Shown here in pieces: positions 11,825 to 23,100 of a stretch of DNA of 61,424 nt (position 1 is the stretch's first letter; each line of letters starts with the position of its first letter). The notes below the pieces were generated by a model. That model saw only the letters and a list, made by a program, of their open reading frames with translations. It did not search any database and was not told the DNA's origin. This DNA comes from Lenisia limosa. Taxonomy: Eukaryota; Protista; Breviatea. The position numbers were made by a program, and so were the translations under genes. Where the stretch lies: positions 1-61,424 of the forward strand of contig LPNZ01003674.1 in the NCBI GenBank assembly GCA_001655205.1, given 5' to 3'.

Positions 11825-14800
11825 ATGGAAGAGGATATCTTGAGTGACACGGAGTTCTTCGAAATCCTCGCTGGTTTGTGGAAATAAGTATCGGAGTAGG
11901 GTCTTTCGAATTTTTGTGATAATAGTTCTAGATGGTCCAAGAAGATAGCTAATGACAGGATAGCTTTTCGGCTGAAATGTCTATTGAAGACACCAAGCCC
12001 CTCTCTCCCAATTTACCACGACAAGGTATGCATCACAAAAAAGAAGCGGGGCTCTCTGACTTGCTCTTCTTCCCTTTCTTATTCAGGACTTCACTCTTCT
12101 TGACCTTCTAGATTCGTTCCACTCTGAATCTGTTATCGATGCTGAGGTTGAAGGTTTGATCCAGGGCGAATGGCTCTTGGTTTGTTAATTCGGTTTTTAG
12201 AGAAAGACGGATACATTAAATGATGAGAAACACCTACAATTATGCTCCTCTTCCACATCTCCACAACATAATATCTTCCCCACATCCCCCACCTCAGCCA
12301 ACAGAGTTGATTTGGGGCTTTTTTTTTTTTNNNNNNNNNNNNNNNNNNNNNNNNNNNNNNNNNNNNNNNNNNNNNNNNNNNNNNNNNNNNNNNNNNNNNN
12401 NNNNNNNNNNNNNNNNNNNGGTCTTCTAACATGCTTCTGGTGCCTCAACTCGAAATGTCACAAGCCCGCGGACTCAAAGTTGAACCGCAGTCCCACTGCG
12501 GAACAGAAAAGAGAACGTGAGGCTGGAGAAGGTTCTACCACTATTGTTTTTATTGATTTGGCCTAACATTTCAGAGCCTGATGTTGTGGTGTTCATCAAC
12601 AAAAAGAGCGGTGGAGGTCAAGGGGCAGAGTTGATGGAAGAGCTTGACAAGGTTTGGGTAAACGTCACTTTGAACTTATTTTGAAGGAGCTTGGACCTCA
12701 CAGTGTTGTTGACTTGTTTGCCCTTGATGATGAAGAAGAACCAACTGGTGGGTGGATCGGTGCTGTTTGACAAAATCTTAGCACCTAACTTCTTATGATT
12801 TGAAACTCACTGTGAGCTAAAGTTCCTCTTGATACTGTCCTTTAATCGAAATTTATCAATTTAGAATATGAAAGTCTTGACAGTTCTGAAATTACCGTTG
12901 TCGCAACAGACTCTGCTGAAAAAGTGGGCAATTGAATGGAAATCATATGTAGCTATATCATTTAAAAGTTCTGTTCAAAGGAAGCAGTAAGGGCTTCTTC
13001 CAAGGATGCCAAAGTTTTAAAGGGGAGGGGATGGCAATCTTGATACTATGACCTCCGCCTGACATTACAGGAAGCTCACAGTGTTGCCTCAAGACTGAAC
13101 AACCTTGCTCCAGATGTTCGTGTCGGTATGTTGAGTGGTTCTGAGGGATATCAAGGGAGAAGATCGAAAGACTTACATTGGTATTGAGTTGATCTGTTGA
13201 TCTTTTCAGTTGCCGGCGGCGGGGACAGCACATTCAGCTGGGTCTTGGACCTCTTGGAGGGCGGTGACTCCAGGCCTCCAGTTGCCCTTCTTCCTCTAGG
13301 TAGGCTGCTCAGCTTTGCATCTCGCACAGGCTTGGTTCATTTGTTCAGGAGTTGGAAATGAGATGTCCCGTGCACTTGGCTGGGGGAAGGGGTGGGGCTC
13401 CAATGACAATCTGCATTACTACCTTGAGCAGGTGAGTGTACGTTGTCGTATTTTGTTACAATCCTCAGTCACCATTACCATCTAGGTTGACCACGGAGAA
13501 ATTGTACCAGTGGATTGTTGGAATGTTGATTTTCTTCCTTTACCTCCTGATGTTCTTGCTGATACTTTCAATTCCCCACTGTAAGTTTGAATGTGCATCT
13601 ATCACTTGTTATAAATATTGAAGAAATAGGGAACATTCTTCTTTTTTTGAAGTCACCATGCCACAATGAGTGTTGGAAATTAGCAGGCAAGTTGACACCT
13701 CAGGGCCCATTCACAGGACCATCTTCCGCCATTGGTCATCTCAAAAACGCCAGACATGCAGCCACCAATAGTGGTACACCCCAAAGCGCAACCGCCCATC
13801 CCCATCACAGCCCACAGAATGCATCGGAGGGATGTCGACCTTCGATCTCGACGGGAGCCTTCGTGCCCTCCAGTAGGCCGTTTGGCTCCACAAGGCATTT
13901 CAAATAATATTGCAAAGCTATTTTTGTTTCAGTTTTGACTCTTCAGAAATCGTGTTCTTTTAACTAATGTATACTATACCGTAGTATATAATACATATGA
14001 TATGATATGATATAAACTAGCTCCAAGTATTTATAATCTATCACCATCCATAATGATGTGCGTGCCAACTTCGCAATACCGGGAAATACTGTAATTCCCA
14101 ATTATCACATCACTCACCCGCACCTCCACTCCCAGTTTCGGCGAAATAGTGAACACCTCCGCCGCCATACCCGTTCCATGACGCTTGATTCCAATGATGT
14201 TCTTCGATTGCCTAATAGGGAACTCTCTGAGTTTCCTAAAAGGGAAAGCTCTCTTTCCAACACACCGCAATCCAAGAACTTTACTAGACCGTTTCCACCT
14301 CCTTCCCTATCCTCCCCTGAAACGCCTTCTTCCACCGTCTCACTCCCGCAGCCCAAACCCAGTAAGCCAAAATTTACACACGATACTGTTACTTTGAGGA
14401 TATGAAAATACATTAAATGTAAAAGAATGCGTCTCATAGATTATAAGTACTAACCATTCAGCAACCCCATTAACCAGCCCCGTCAGGAGAAGATGTCCTC
14501 CATCCCCCCCAAGTAGGCAAAAATGCATGATTGTTCGCTAATGTTACAGAAGTGACTGATCATGATTGTAATTCAAATCATTGTGATTAAAATATTATTT
14601 TATAAGACGCAATAAAATATTTAATTTTGATCAGCAGTCCCCCTTGTAAACATTCAGGACCGCCACGACTAGAGAAGACGCCTCCTGAGTTGGGAGGGTC
14701 TCAAAAGATTTCCCCATTCCAAGACCCTTCAATCAAGTAAGCTGTTTCCCCACTGTTGTTTACCTGACACTTTAGTCCACCGCGAAGGTCCATGTCTCTT

Positions 14801-16258
14801 CCCTCTATCCCTCTTCCGCCGCCGGACACCCCTCCCGTAATCAACATAATGCAGAACCACAATAGCAGTGACGCCTGGGGCCCGGCCCTGGACGGTTTAG
14901 CGGATCCGATCAACAAGCGCCTGATGGCGTTTATGAGTATTGGTGTGGACGCGCATGTGGCGTGGCGCTTCCATTGTCTCAGAAATGAGGTGTGTACAGT
15001 GAAGGGGCCTATATTCAACTTGGTGCTGCTCACATAGAGTTTGGTGTTGCCCGTATAGAATGTGTTTTTGATGTTATATTTTTTACATTTGTTTAGAACA
15101 AGAAGTTTGCCCAGCGAACACGAAGTGTCAACAAAATGGTCCATGTTTGGTAGGCTCTTGGACTGCCTATTCCATGTGTTGCTACTCTAATCGTACAGGT
15201 ATGGAATTTCCTGTGCAGTTTTTAAGGACCCTCGTCTGACTGAACATTTATCTTTGGAGGTTTGCTTGTCATCAATTGAAATGTTTCAATCTCTGTTGTA
15301 TCATATTGAAGAATGAAATCAAATACGGTTTTTTAAGCTTTAGGTGGATGGCAAGGCAATTGATATTCCGCCACAAATTCGCAACATCCATATCCTCAAT
15401 ATTCCAACGTAAGTTTCTGGCTGAGGTTCTCAATTTGCATGTTCTTTTTAATAGAGCAGGACCGGTGACGGTGTCGATCTCTTTAATCCGCAGCAGCAAT
15501 CAAAAAAGGTTGGACAAATCATTCTGGCCTTCTCTTAAACTGCTGACTTAACTGTGACTTTTGACTTGTTTAGAATGAGTTACAAAACTGGGTTGTCCCT
15601 ACACTAAATGACCAATTGCTGGAAGTGAGGGGACTTCACTATCTTCACTTATGATATTTACTTATTCCTGGGGGACCTTCGCACTTACCCATGAACAGGT
15701 TGTCGGCACTTCTGGTCCGCTGAACTTGCTATCAATCAGGTTCCATATGCGCCATGCTTACAGACTAGCTCAGGTTGGTGCTGGTGCTGGCTTGCTTTTA
15801 CTCTGACTCTCCTAATCATCCTAGTTTCAATAGAGACTTCCCTGCAAAACAATCCTAATCAGCCATTTTCTAGGGAAGGAGTATCAAAATCGTACACAAA
15901 TCCCCCCATCTCATTCCGACTCAAATCGAAGGGTTGGTTCTTCCGTGTTAAATGTGGACGTCTACGAACTGTGGTTTGATGATATATATAGGGAACCGTT
16001 TCTGCTTCCTCCCTCAGTCATGAATATCACTTTTGACCGATCGATCGAGATGATCCAGGGAGCTGGCAAGACCCGAGGCGTGACGCCGGTCCTTCAACGC
16101 CATAAGTAAGCCTATTGCCATCTGTTCACTCCTGATTTCCGATTTGTTGCGTGGACTCATTTTTCAGGCGAGAGGAGGACAAGGTATCTATCACATTACC
16201 CCCAGCCAAGCCTATGAGGCTTCCCAAGCATCAGTCCCTGTCACCTTCCGCTAAATAG
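11825..16258 (+). CDS. DGK: Diacylglycerol kinase-like protein (catalytic and accessory domains split by a long Ser/Pro/His-rich insert); spans N gap 12331-12419
   Basis: VVFINKKSGGGQG, AGGGDSTFSWVL, PPVALLPLGVGNEMSRALGWG, FMSIGVDAHVAWRFH, VDGKAIDIP..ILNIPT, DQLLEVVG and GEPFLLPP match the DAGKc/DAGKa motif order. Confidence 0.87.
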
Positions 16259-16431
16259 AAATTTTGTCCCTTTTGTTTTTTTTTTTATGTTCTATGTTAT
16301 TTCTTTCTGATTTTATTATTATTAATTATTATTATGATCAAGTTTTAAGGAATTGGATTGCAATTGAAGGCCCAGATGATTGAACTCATCAACACCCAAA
16401 TACATTCCCCTTAAATACCCCCCAACAGCGC

Positions 16432-17765
16432 CTAGTTCCAGAGCTTGGACTTCTCAGCGAGACGACGACGAGACTCCTCACGCTTGGCCTTCTCCTCATC
16501 ATCCTTGGCCTTCTTGGCGGCAGCAAGACGCTAGACGGTCAGTTCATTCACTCCCCCATTCCCCTAGATACGACGATTGGTATTGCAACACACCTTCTCC
16601 TCCTCCTTGAGAGCCTGGCGGCGAGCAGCCTCGGGCTCATCAACTGCCTTCTGCGCTTGGCGACGACGGGAGGCGGTTGTTACCTCCTCTCTAAACAGTG
16701 ACTTTGAGACGGTGAGTAGTTACCTATTGGCAGCAAGGAGATCTTCGGACTTCATTTGCTCAAGTTCATTCTTGGCAGCCATTCCACGGACACCACCTTC
16801 ATGGGTTAGTGACCATCACGTGTGTCAGCATTCCTACCCTTTGCAGCAAGCTCCTCGAGCATCTTCATCCGGTTGACACGCTTCTCCTTCTTGGCAAGGA
16901 CCTCCTGGTAGGCCTCGATTGCCTTCTACACGTGTGTCAAATCAAAGACTAAGGCAAGAAGCAATCTTCGTTCTCCAACCTGGAGGATGGCAAGGGCAGC
17001 AGGGTCAACACCTTCGGCAACCTTAAAGAGCTCCTCAATGGTGTGCTCATACTAGGAAGTTGGAAAGGTGCTATGATAGAATAGGAGACGACACAAAAAG
17101 TAATGGAATTTGATCAAACCTTCGCAAGGAGGTACTCAACAAAAGCGAGACGATGGTTTTTATCAAGATCAAGACAAACAAGCTTCTCTCTGAGTGCAAC
17201 AACCTAAAGTTTTGTATGATAGAAAAGGGGAGAAAAAATAAGATTATTCCTGATGCAAATAGGAGGAGGGCATACAGTGGTCGCTTCACCGCGTTTTTCA
17301 AGGAACAAATGAGCTTCCGCCTCGTCAAGGTCAGGGGTCTAGACGGATAATTCCAACGAAGGAGAACAGAGTTGTCGGAAGAATGGGATTGAAAATATGA
17401 AGGAAACCAGGTATTCCAACCTGAGGAGTTTTGGCAAACTGTTTAAACTCTTGGGCAAGGTCAAGAACTTCTTCAAAACTAGAAAAGGTGAGGCAAATCT
17501 AAAAAAAAACATCCTTTTCTTCACTAACCTTCCACTGAACTCAAGGACGAAAGCTTCAACTAATAGGGTTAAAGCAAACTAATCACTCTTCAATAAAGGG
17601 GAAACCCCATTTTCCATTTTACCCTCGAATTCAAAATCAAAAGAAAGATTACATTCAAATTCAGCAGCTATTTCGCTTGAAATCACTCCACCTACGGAAG
17701 GTCTTGGCTTGGAGATCAATTGACTTCGCAGTCAGCTCCTCAAACTTCTCCATATCAGTACTCAT
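16432..17765 (-). CDS. Calcium-regulated actin-bundling protein (ABP34)/TolA-like family, EF-hand plus coiled coil, multi-exon
   Basis: MSTDMEKFEEL..QAKTF..AFVLEF..FEEVLDLAQEF..DLDEAEAHLFLEKRGE..LREKLVCLDLDKNHRLAFVEYLL..GGVRGMAAKNELEQM..RRRLAEKSKLWN*. EF-hand-like loop; strong codon bias. Confidence 0.75.
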
Positions 17766-17910
17766 TAATTTAAAAAGGTAAATGCAAAAAAAACTCCGGA
17801 AAAAACAAGAAAATTAAATACAAACGTCAACGCGCATAATGCGCGTCATTAGCTTTGTTTTGCTTTTTTCGCTCTTCTTGGCCTTTCTCTTGCCTTTCTC
17901 TGATCTCAAA

Positions 17911-20071
17911 ATGTCAGGCATCATTTTAGAAGCATTTAAAAAGGTAGTAGAGGATTACGAAAAGCTTGAGTCGAAGACAGATGCCAAAAAGATCGAAACA
18001 ATAGTTCAAGGTGAGAATGATGACGCTATCGTTAATTGACACCGTTTAGGAATTGCTAAGGCCCTTGGTCAAGGTATTGAAAAGTGCAGTGTTGAAGAAC
18101 GCCAAAATGTTATTGATTTCCTTGCCAGCAAAACAGACGCTTTTGGTGGGTGTAATCTATGAAGACTAATATACCAGATGAGAACCCTCTCTTTTTGGTT
18201 TTGATTCTTCACCAAGCTGGTGCCCTGGTGGAACGCACTGCTGGAATCTCTCCTCATTCCGGTGGGTGCTAAAACAGTTTTATTCTTTCATGATATCACA
18301 CCCATTGAAATAACTGTGAAGGTGCGGGTCATGGTCGTGGCGAATGTTTGGACACTTTCCAACTCTCCAGCAACTTACTCCCGTTCTATACCAGGTTGGT
18401 GACTGTCAGTGTAATATTAGGACTGTAGGGTGATAACTTGGTAGTATTGATTCCCTAATATCACATCACTGTAGATGTGTGAAAAACGCACGTGGATTTG
18501 CTGAGAAGATGATGGAAGTTCGCACAGACGCAATGGGGCAACAGAAGCTGCTTCAGTCGAATATGACAAACCCGGTTCGGGGATTGGGAGTTTTCTGGTT
18601 TGATTCTTGATAAACTCCTACTGTATATTATATCAGGATATCACCTTTAAGGAGTGCCTTGCGTTTCAGTCACTTCGCATGTTTTCGCCGCCCCTCCAGG
18701 CCCTTCTCGGCCCCAGTCCAGAAATCAGGTCAGGCTAAGTAACGCATGTATCCGAATAACAGGATTATCGTAAATCTGTTTTATTCAGTATATGATAACA
18801 TCATTGCAAAACACACGGTATGGTTTTCACTTATCATATATTAGAGTTAACTATACCCCCCCCCCCCCNNNNNNNNNNNNNNNNNNNNNNNNNNNNNNNN
18901 NNNNNNNNNNNNNNNNNNNNNNNNNNNNNNNNNNNNNNNNNNNNNNNNNNNNNNNNNNNCTTGATAGTTCAAGAAGAACTGGAAACATGGTAAGAGCTGA
19001 GTCCTTGTTTCAATTGGCTAACGCTACAGATGGCACATGCACTGATCAGAACATTGGATGATGAAGTTCTTGTGATCAGTCCAGTTAAGAAGGTTTGTTA
19101 CCTTTTTGTTTTATTTCTCACTCTGGTCAGAAGTCCTTTTTGGTGTCTTTTTCCGGCCTTTCATCATCAGCACAGCTCTCAATTGCCTTATGGGGTCTTC
19201 TCATCGGTGAGAGTAAGTTCTTGTTTCTATCTGTAGGAATACCACCCTTATATTATATTTTTAGCGTCATGTATTCAAGTAATTGTTTTCAGACCAGTAC
19301 TTGCCTGAAGTACCTGGGAGCACCCTTACTCAAACCCAGAAGGAGGTTATGATGGGAGGATACAACGTTGGGAGGGTGGGCTTTGAAAGGATAACGGAGG
19401 GTGGGCTTTGAAAGGATACAACGTTGGGAGGGTGGGCTTTGAAATGTGATTTAGGCGGTAGCTATTTTCCTTCGTTTTGGATATTAGAAGTTCCAGAATG
19501 TTTCTTTTGACTGCTTAGACTCCTCAAATGATGCCCCAAAATCAAGTGACTCTTCCGTGGAGAATGTTCCAATGGACTGCATGGACAGATACAGGAAAGT
19601 TTGATATAAACCCTTGCCATCGCATTTTCGAGGAAGGCATCCCAGCTGACATTACACGAAGCCCTCTTGTGAGCCACTATTTTATTCGTTGATGAGTTGG
19701 GATCCAACTTGGCAATCCGATATTCATTGTGCAGGATAACAAACGAGTGATTCTCATTGCCCCTCCCGACACAAAGGCCCCTTTGAAACTCCCTGTCATG
19801 AGACTGTTCTCAGCCATGGTTGGTTCACGATACCTTGCGTCTGCTTTCTGTTACCCTGCATTCTCCAAGTTTTGACATTCTTAGATTGGTAAAGTGGAAG
19901 TTGTCAAAGAGTACGGCATTGTTGAGACCAAAGCCCTGCTGAAAGTTTGTCATGTTCTCATTGTTGACATGCCTTTCCCAAGTCTGATTTTCGTAGACTC
20001 TTGCCGAGACGTCGCCTGAGATCCGTCAACAAACACGTGACAAACTTGACGCTTTCGAATGCACTGACTAA
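17911..20071 (+). CDS. Hypothetical multi-exon protein resembling an uncharacterised bacterial family; spans N gap 18869-18959
   Basis: Consistent GT-AG exon chain: MSGIILEAF..QAGALVERTAGISP..LIRTLDDEVLVISP..SFLVSFSGLSSSAQLSIALWGLLI..RIFEEGIPADI..KRVILIAPP..MRLFSAMIGKVEVV..AFECTD*. Confidence 0.72.
19358..19444. repeat. Intronic G-rich 31-bp tandem repeat, 3 copies (middle copy has a deletion)
   Basis: GGATACAACGTTGGGAGGGTGGGCTTTGAAA repeated. Confidence 0.9.
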
Positions 20072-20166
20072 GTTGTTTATCACAGCTGCTATAACTTTTC
20101 CCTACAGACCGTGTATTCATTTCATTCCTTTTGAACTAGTTTACAACCTTACATAACTCAACACTA

Positions 20167-23100
20167 TTATTCCTCTACAATCATGTCACTGCTCTCTTCG
20201 GGAGTGGCTTCTGTTTTCTCGGGATCTCTGTCCAGGTACTAAAAAGTGAATCCAGAATACCCCATGTCATATATCTCGATTGTATTACTATCTCATTGCT
20301 ATATATCTTGTTCCCAACGCAGCAGACCCGGCAGATGTACACGACGTCGTGGAAGGCATAATGGAGGGGGTCGCTCCCCTCGAATGTGTAGTTCTTCTCA
20401 AGTGCTGAAGCAACGCGATTGGGGAGCGTTGAGGCTGGAGGATTAACTTCAGATCTGCATTTAGGGTACATTGTATATGACACAAAACAGCTTACATTGT
20501 AAAGCTGTGGAGACAAGGCCAATGAAGGCTAGAAGCGACCAAAAATGTCCGGTCTGAAGTCATGAGGAGGGGAAAGTGAATAAAACAAGAGGTTACAGAG
20601 GCACACCTTTTGAGCGTAAGACGAGGGCATGGTTGGCGGGATCTCCTTGGCTTCGGCAATTGCCTTCTTCCGTTTCTCCCTTGCAATCGCTCTTTCCTGG
20701 GTGGTCACTCGCACAAGAGATCAGCGATGAACATACCTTCTTGAGCTCCTTAGCCGTGGCCCAGGCCAAGTCGTCTTCAATGGTTTCGTCTTCCTCATCT
20801 TCACCATCCTCAAGAAGCGAAGGGTCGAACAACACCAACCCGCCCCTTTCGGCGTCCTTGAGAAGATGTAGCGCCTCTTCCATGACATTTTCGATAAGAT
20901 CGGGCTGGCTGGCGAAAGCTCTTACCGCCACCGCGACCGGATAAAAGTGTTCCGGAGGCAGACTGCTCAAGGCTATGGCGGACACCGGGGTGGTTATTGC
21001 TTCCGAGGGCTGAAGGGTCAATAATAAGTCTAACGCTTACGAATGGAGGTGGGCAGAACGACGCCACGAATGACGAGAGAAATTCTCCAAGCTTATCCCG
21101 CTGCCTCGCCACCTGAAGTATCAACAAGGACCTTTTCAGAAAAACTGTAACCCGCCCAAATACCTTGAACATTTCAGTGACTGTTTTCTTTGCCACACGT
21201 GCGTGCTCCTGATATGTAAACAGCGAGAAAAAAAGCCCCCCCACCTCCTGAGTCATCGCAGCGAACACAACATCAATAAGTTCGGCTTTCACATTGCTGT
21301 CATCCACCTCATCATCCTCATTCTAGGTCAGAGTTAAACACTGTAATTAAATATCATATTGTATAATATGCTAGAGATGAGAAAAAATATCAGGTTGTAT
21401 CTAATAGTATGTATATGATATGTATTATTCCAATAATGTCTGCAGGCATACCTCAATATCCATAGAAGGCACAGTGGTTGGAAGAGCCACCAGACAAGAC
21501 ACACACCGAAGCGCATTATTGCGACAAGCAAGGAAGACCTTAGATCTTACAAAGCAAACAAAGACAAATAGAGTCAAAGGAAAACATGCGAGTTTGAGCG
21601 TACCGGAACCGGCGTCGTAGTATTGGTCTCAGGAACGACAATACCGGGAGATGACACGGCTCGGAGGAACTTGACACTCGGCCCAACACAGTCCGACGGT
21701 AAAGTCCCGACCCCGGCTGTGTCGGCAATGGCGGCTGTAATGAGCTCACAGGCGGATACAAGGGTGGCTAATCTAGCCTAGGTGGATGTTACGTTTGACA
21801 AAATAACAATATCTTCTTTTTGCCAAGACACACCGGTATATGTTCATCTTGCTCGGCCTCATTTGCGTCACGACTGCATGGAGTGAATAAGAAACAGATG
21901 CATGGAGTGAATAAGAAACAGATGCATGGAGTGAATAATGCTAATATGTATANNNNNNNNNNNNNNNNNNNNNNNNNNNNNNNNNNNNNNNNNNNNNNNN
22001 NNNNNNNNNNNNNNNNNNNNNNNATGCAATTGATCCGAGGCAATGAGTCAACCCCCATTCAACATAGGTAACAGGATTGAGGACTTTCTTTGCGTTCTCA
22101 TACGCCTTAGAAAACTCCGATGATGATGCGGCAGAAAGTTTGTCGATTGCCAACAGATTGACAAAATGATTAGACAAACGTGTGAAGCATGAGAGAACCA
22201 GGATGAGAGTTTCAGAGGACACACAGGTGTCTAAATGACGAGTAAGAGAATTTAGAATGGAACAACATACCTTCAGGTACGCCAGAGAAATAAGGAGGCA
22301 GAGCTTTGAGCAAATGAAGGAGACTAGAGGCAAGCGTGCCAAGGTAGTTGAGGTTCTCACGGAACAACATTGCTAATCCGAATGTAGTGGAGGACTAAAT
22401 GTCATTAGTGGTCCTTACAAGCCTTTTATCCCTTTATCTTAATTCCCCTCACCAAAATAACGTCAAGACACGTGACAGCGTTGGTGACCAACTCAGTTGG
22501 GCTGGCTTTCGGCTTTTCAGAAGAATCTCGCCCGGCTCTGCGCTTGCGTGTTCCAGTAATTTTCTGGAGATTAGATTAGCTCCTTGCAATTCAAACAAAA
22601 AGGTCCCCATTCAAGAAATGCTCACCTCCAATCTTGTTTCGATGAGTCCAGAGGCGGCAGCTGTGACACTTTCAGTGATCCACTTGACAACACGTTGGTC
22701 TTCAGGTTTGCAGAGGTATAACCCCTCAAGGAGGTTTGTGAGCGTGTTACTGAGTTCTTCCGAGGCTTTTTTGCCACAGAGGGACACAAGCAGCTCATAA
22801 GCCCTGTCAGAGAAGGAAAACTGGTCGGAGACAACTTCAACTGTGGAGTCAGGAAGGCGATAATTCAAAAAAGAAGAAGTTTCTAACCCTCCCTTCCCAC
22901 CAAGCTTGTCTCTTGCCTTGACCATCCGGTCTCTGTCGAAGCTTGGGATCTCAATCTCCGGCTCAAGAGCCCAGGGAGGGAGGTGAGCCGCAAGCTCAAA
23001 CACGTCCTTCGATGCAATCGGACTAGTCTCCACCACATGGGTCAGGAGGTCGGGAAGCAGTTCTGAAGAAATCATGGTACTTTGGCAACTCACCTCTGAT

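Noticed and set aside
12050-12250. Minus-strand frame that reads plausibly if TAA is Gln, suggesting an alternative genetic code
   Set aside because: The region is explained by plus-strand DGK exons, and TAA, TAG and TGA all end conserved genes in this window.
16432-17060. Initial impression of ribosomal protein L13 from the Lys/Ala-rich C-terminus
   Set aside because: Upstream exons give EF-hand and ABP34-family motifs instead.
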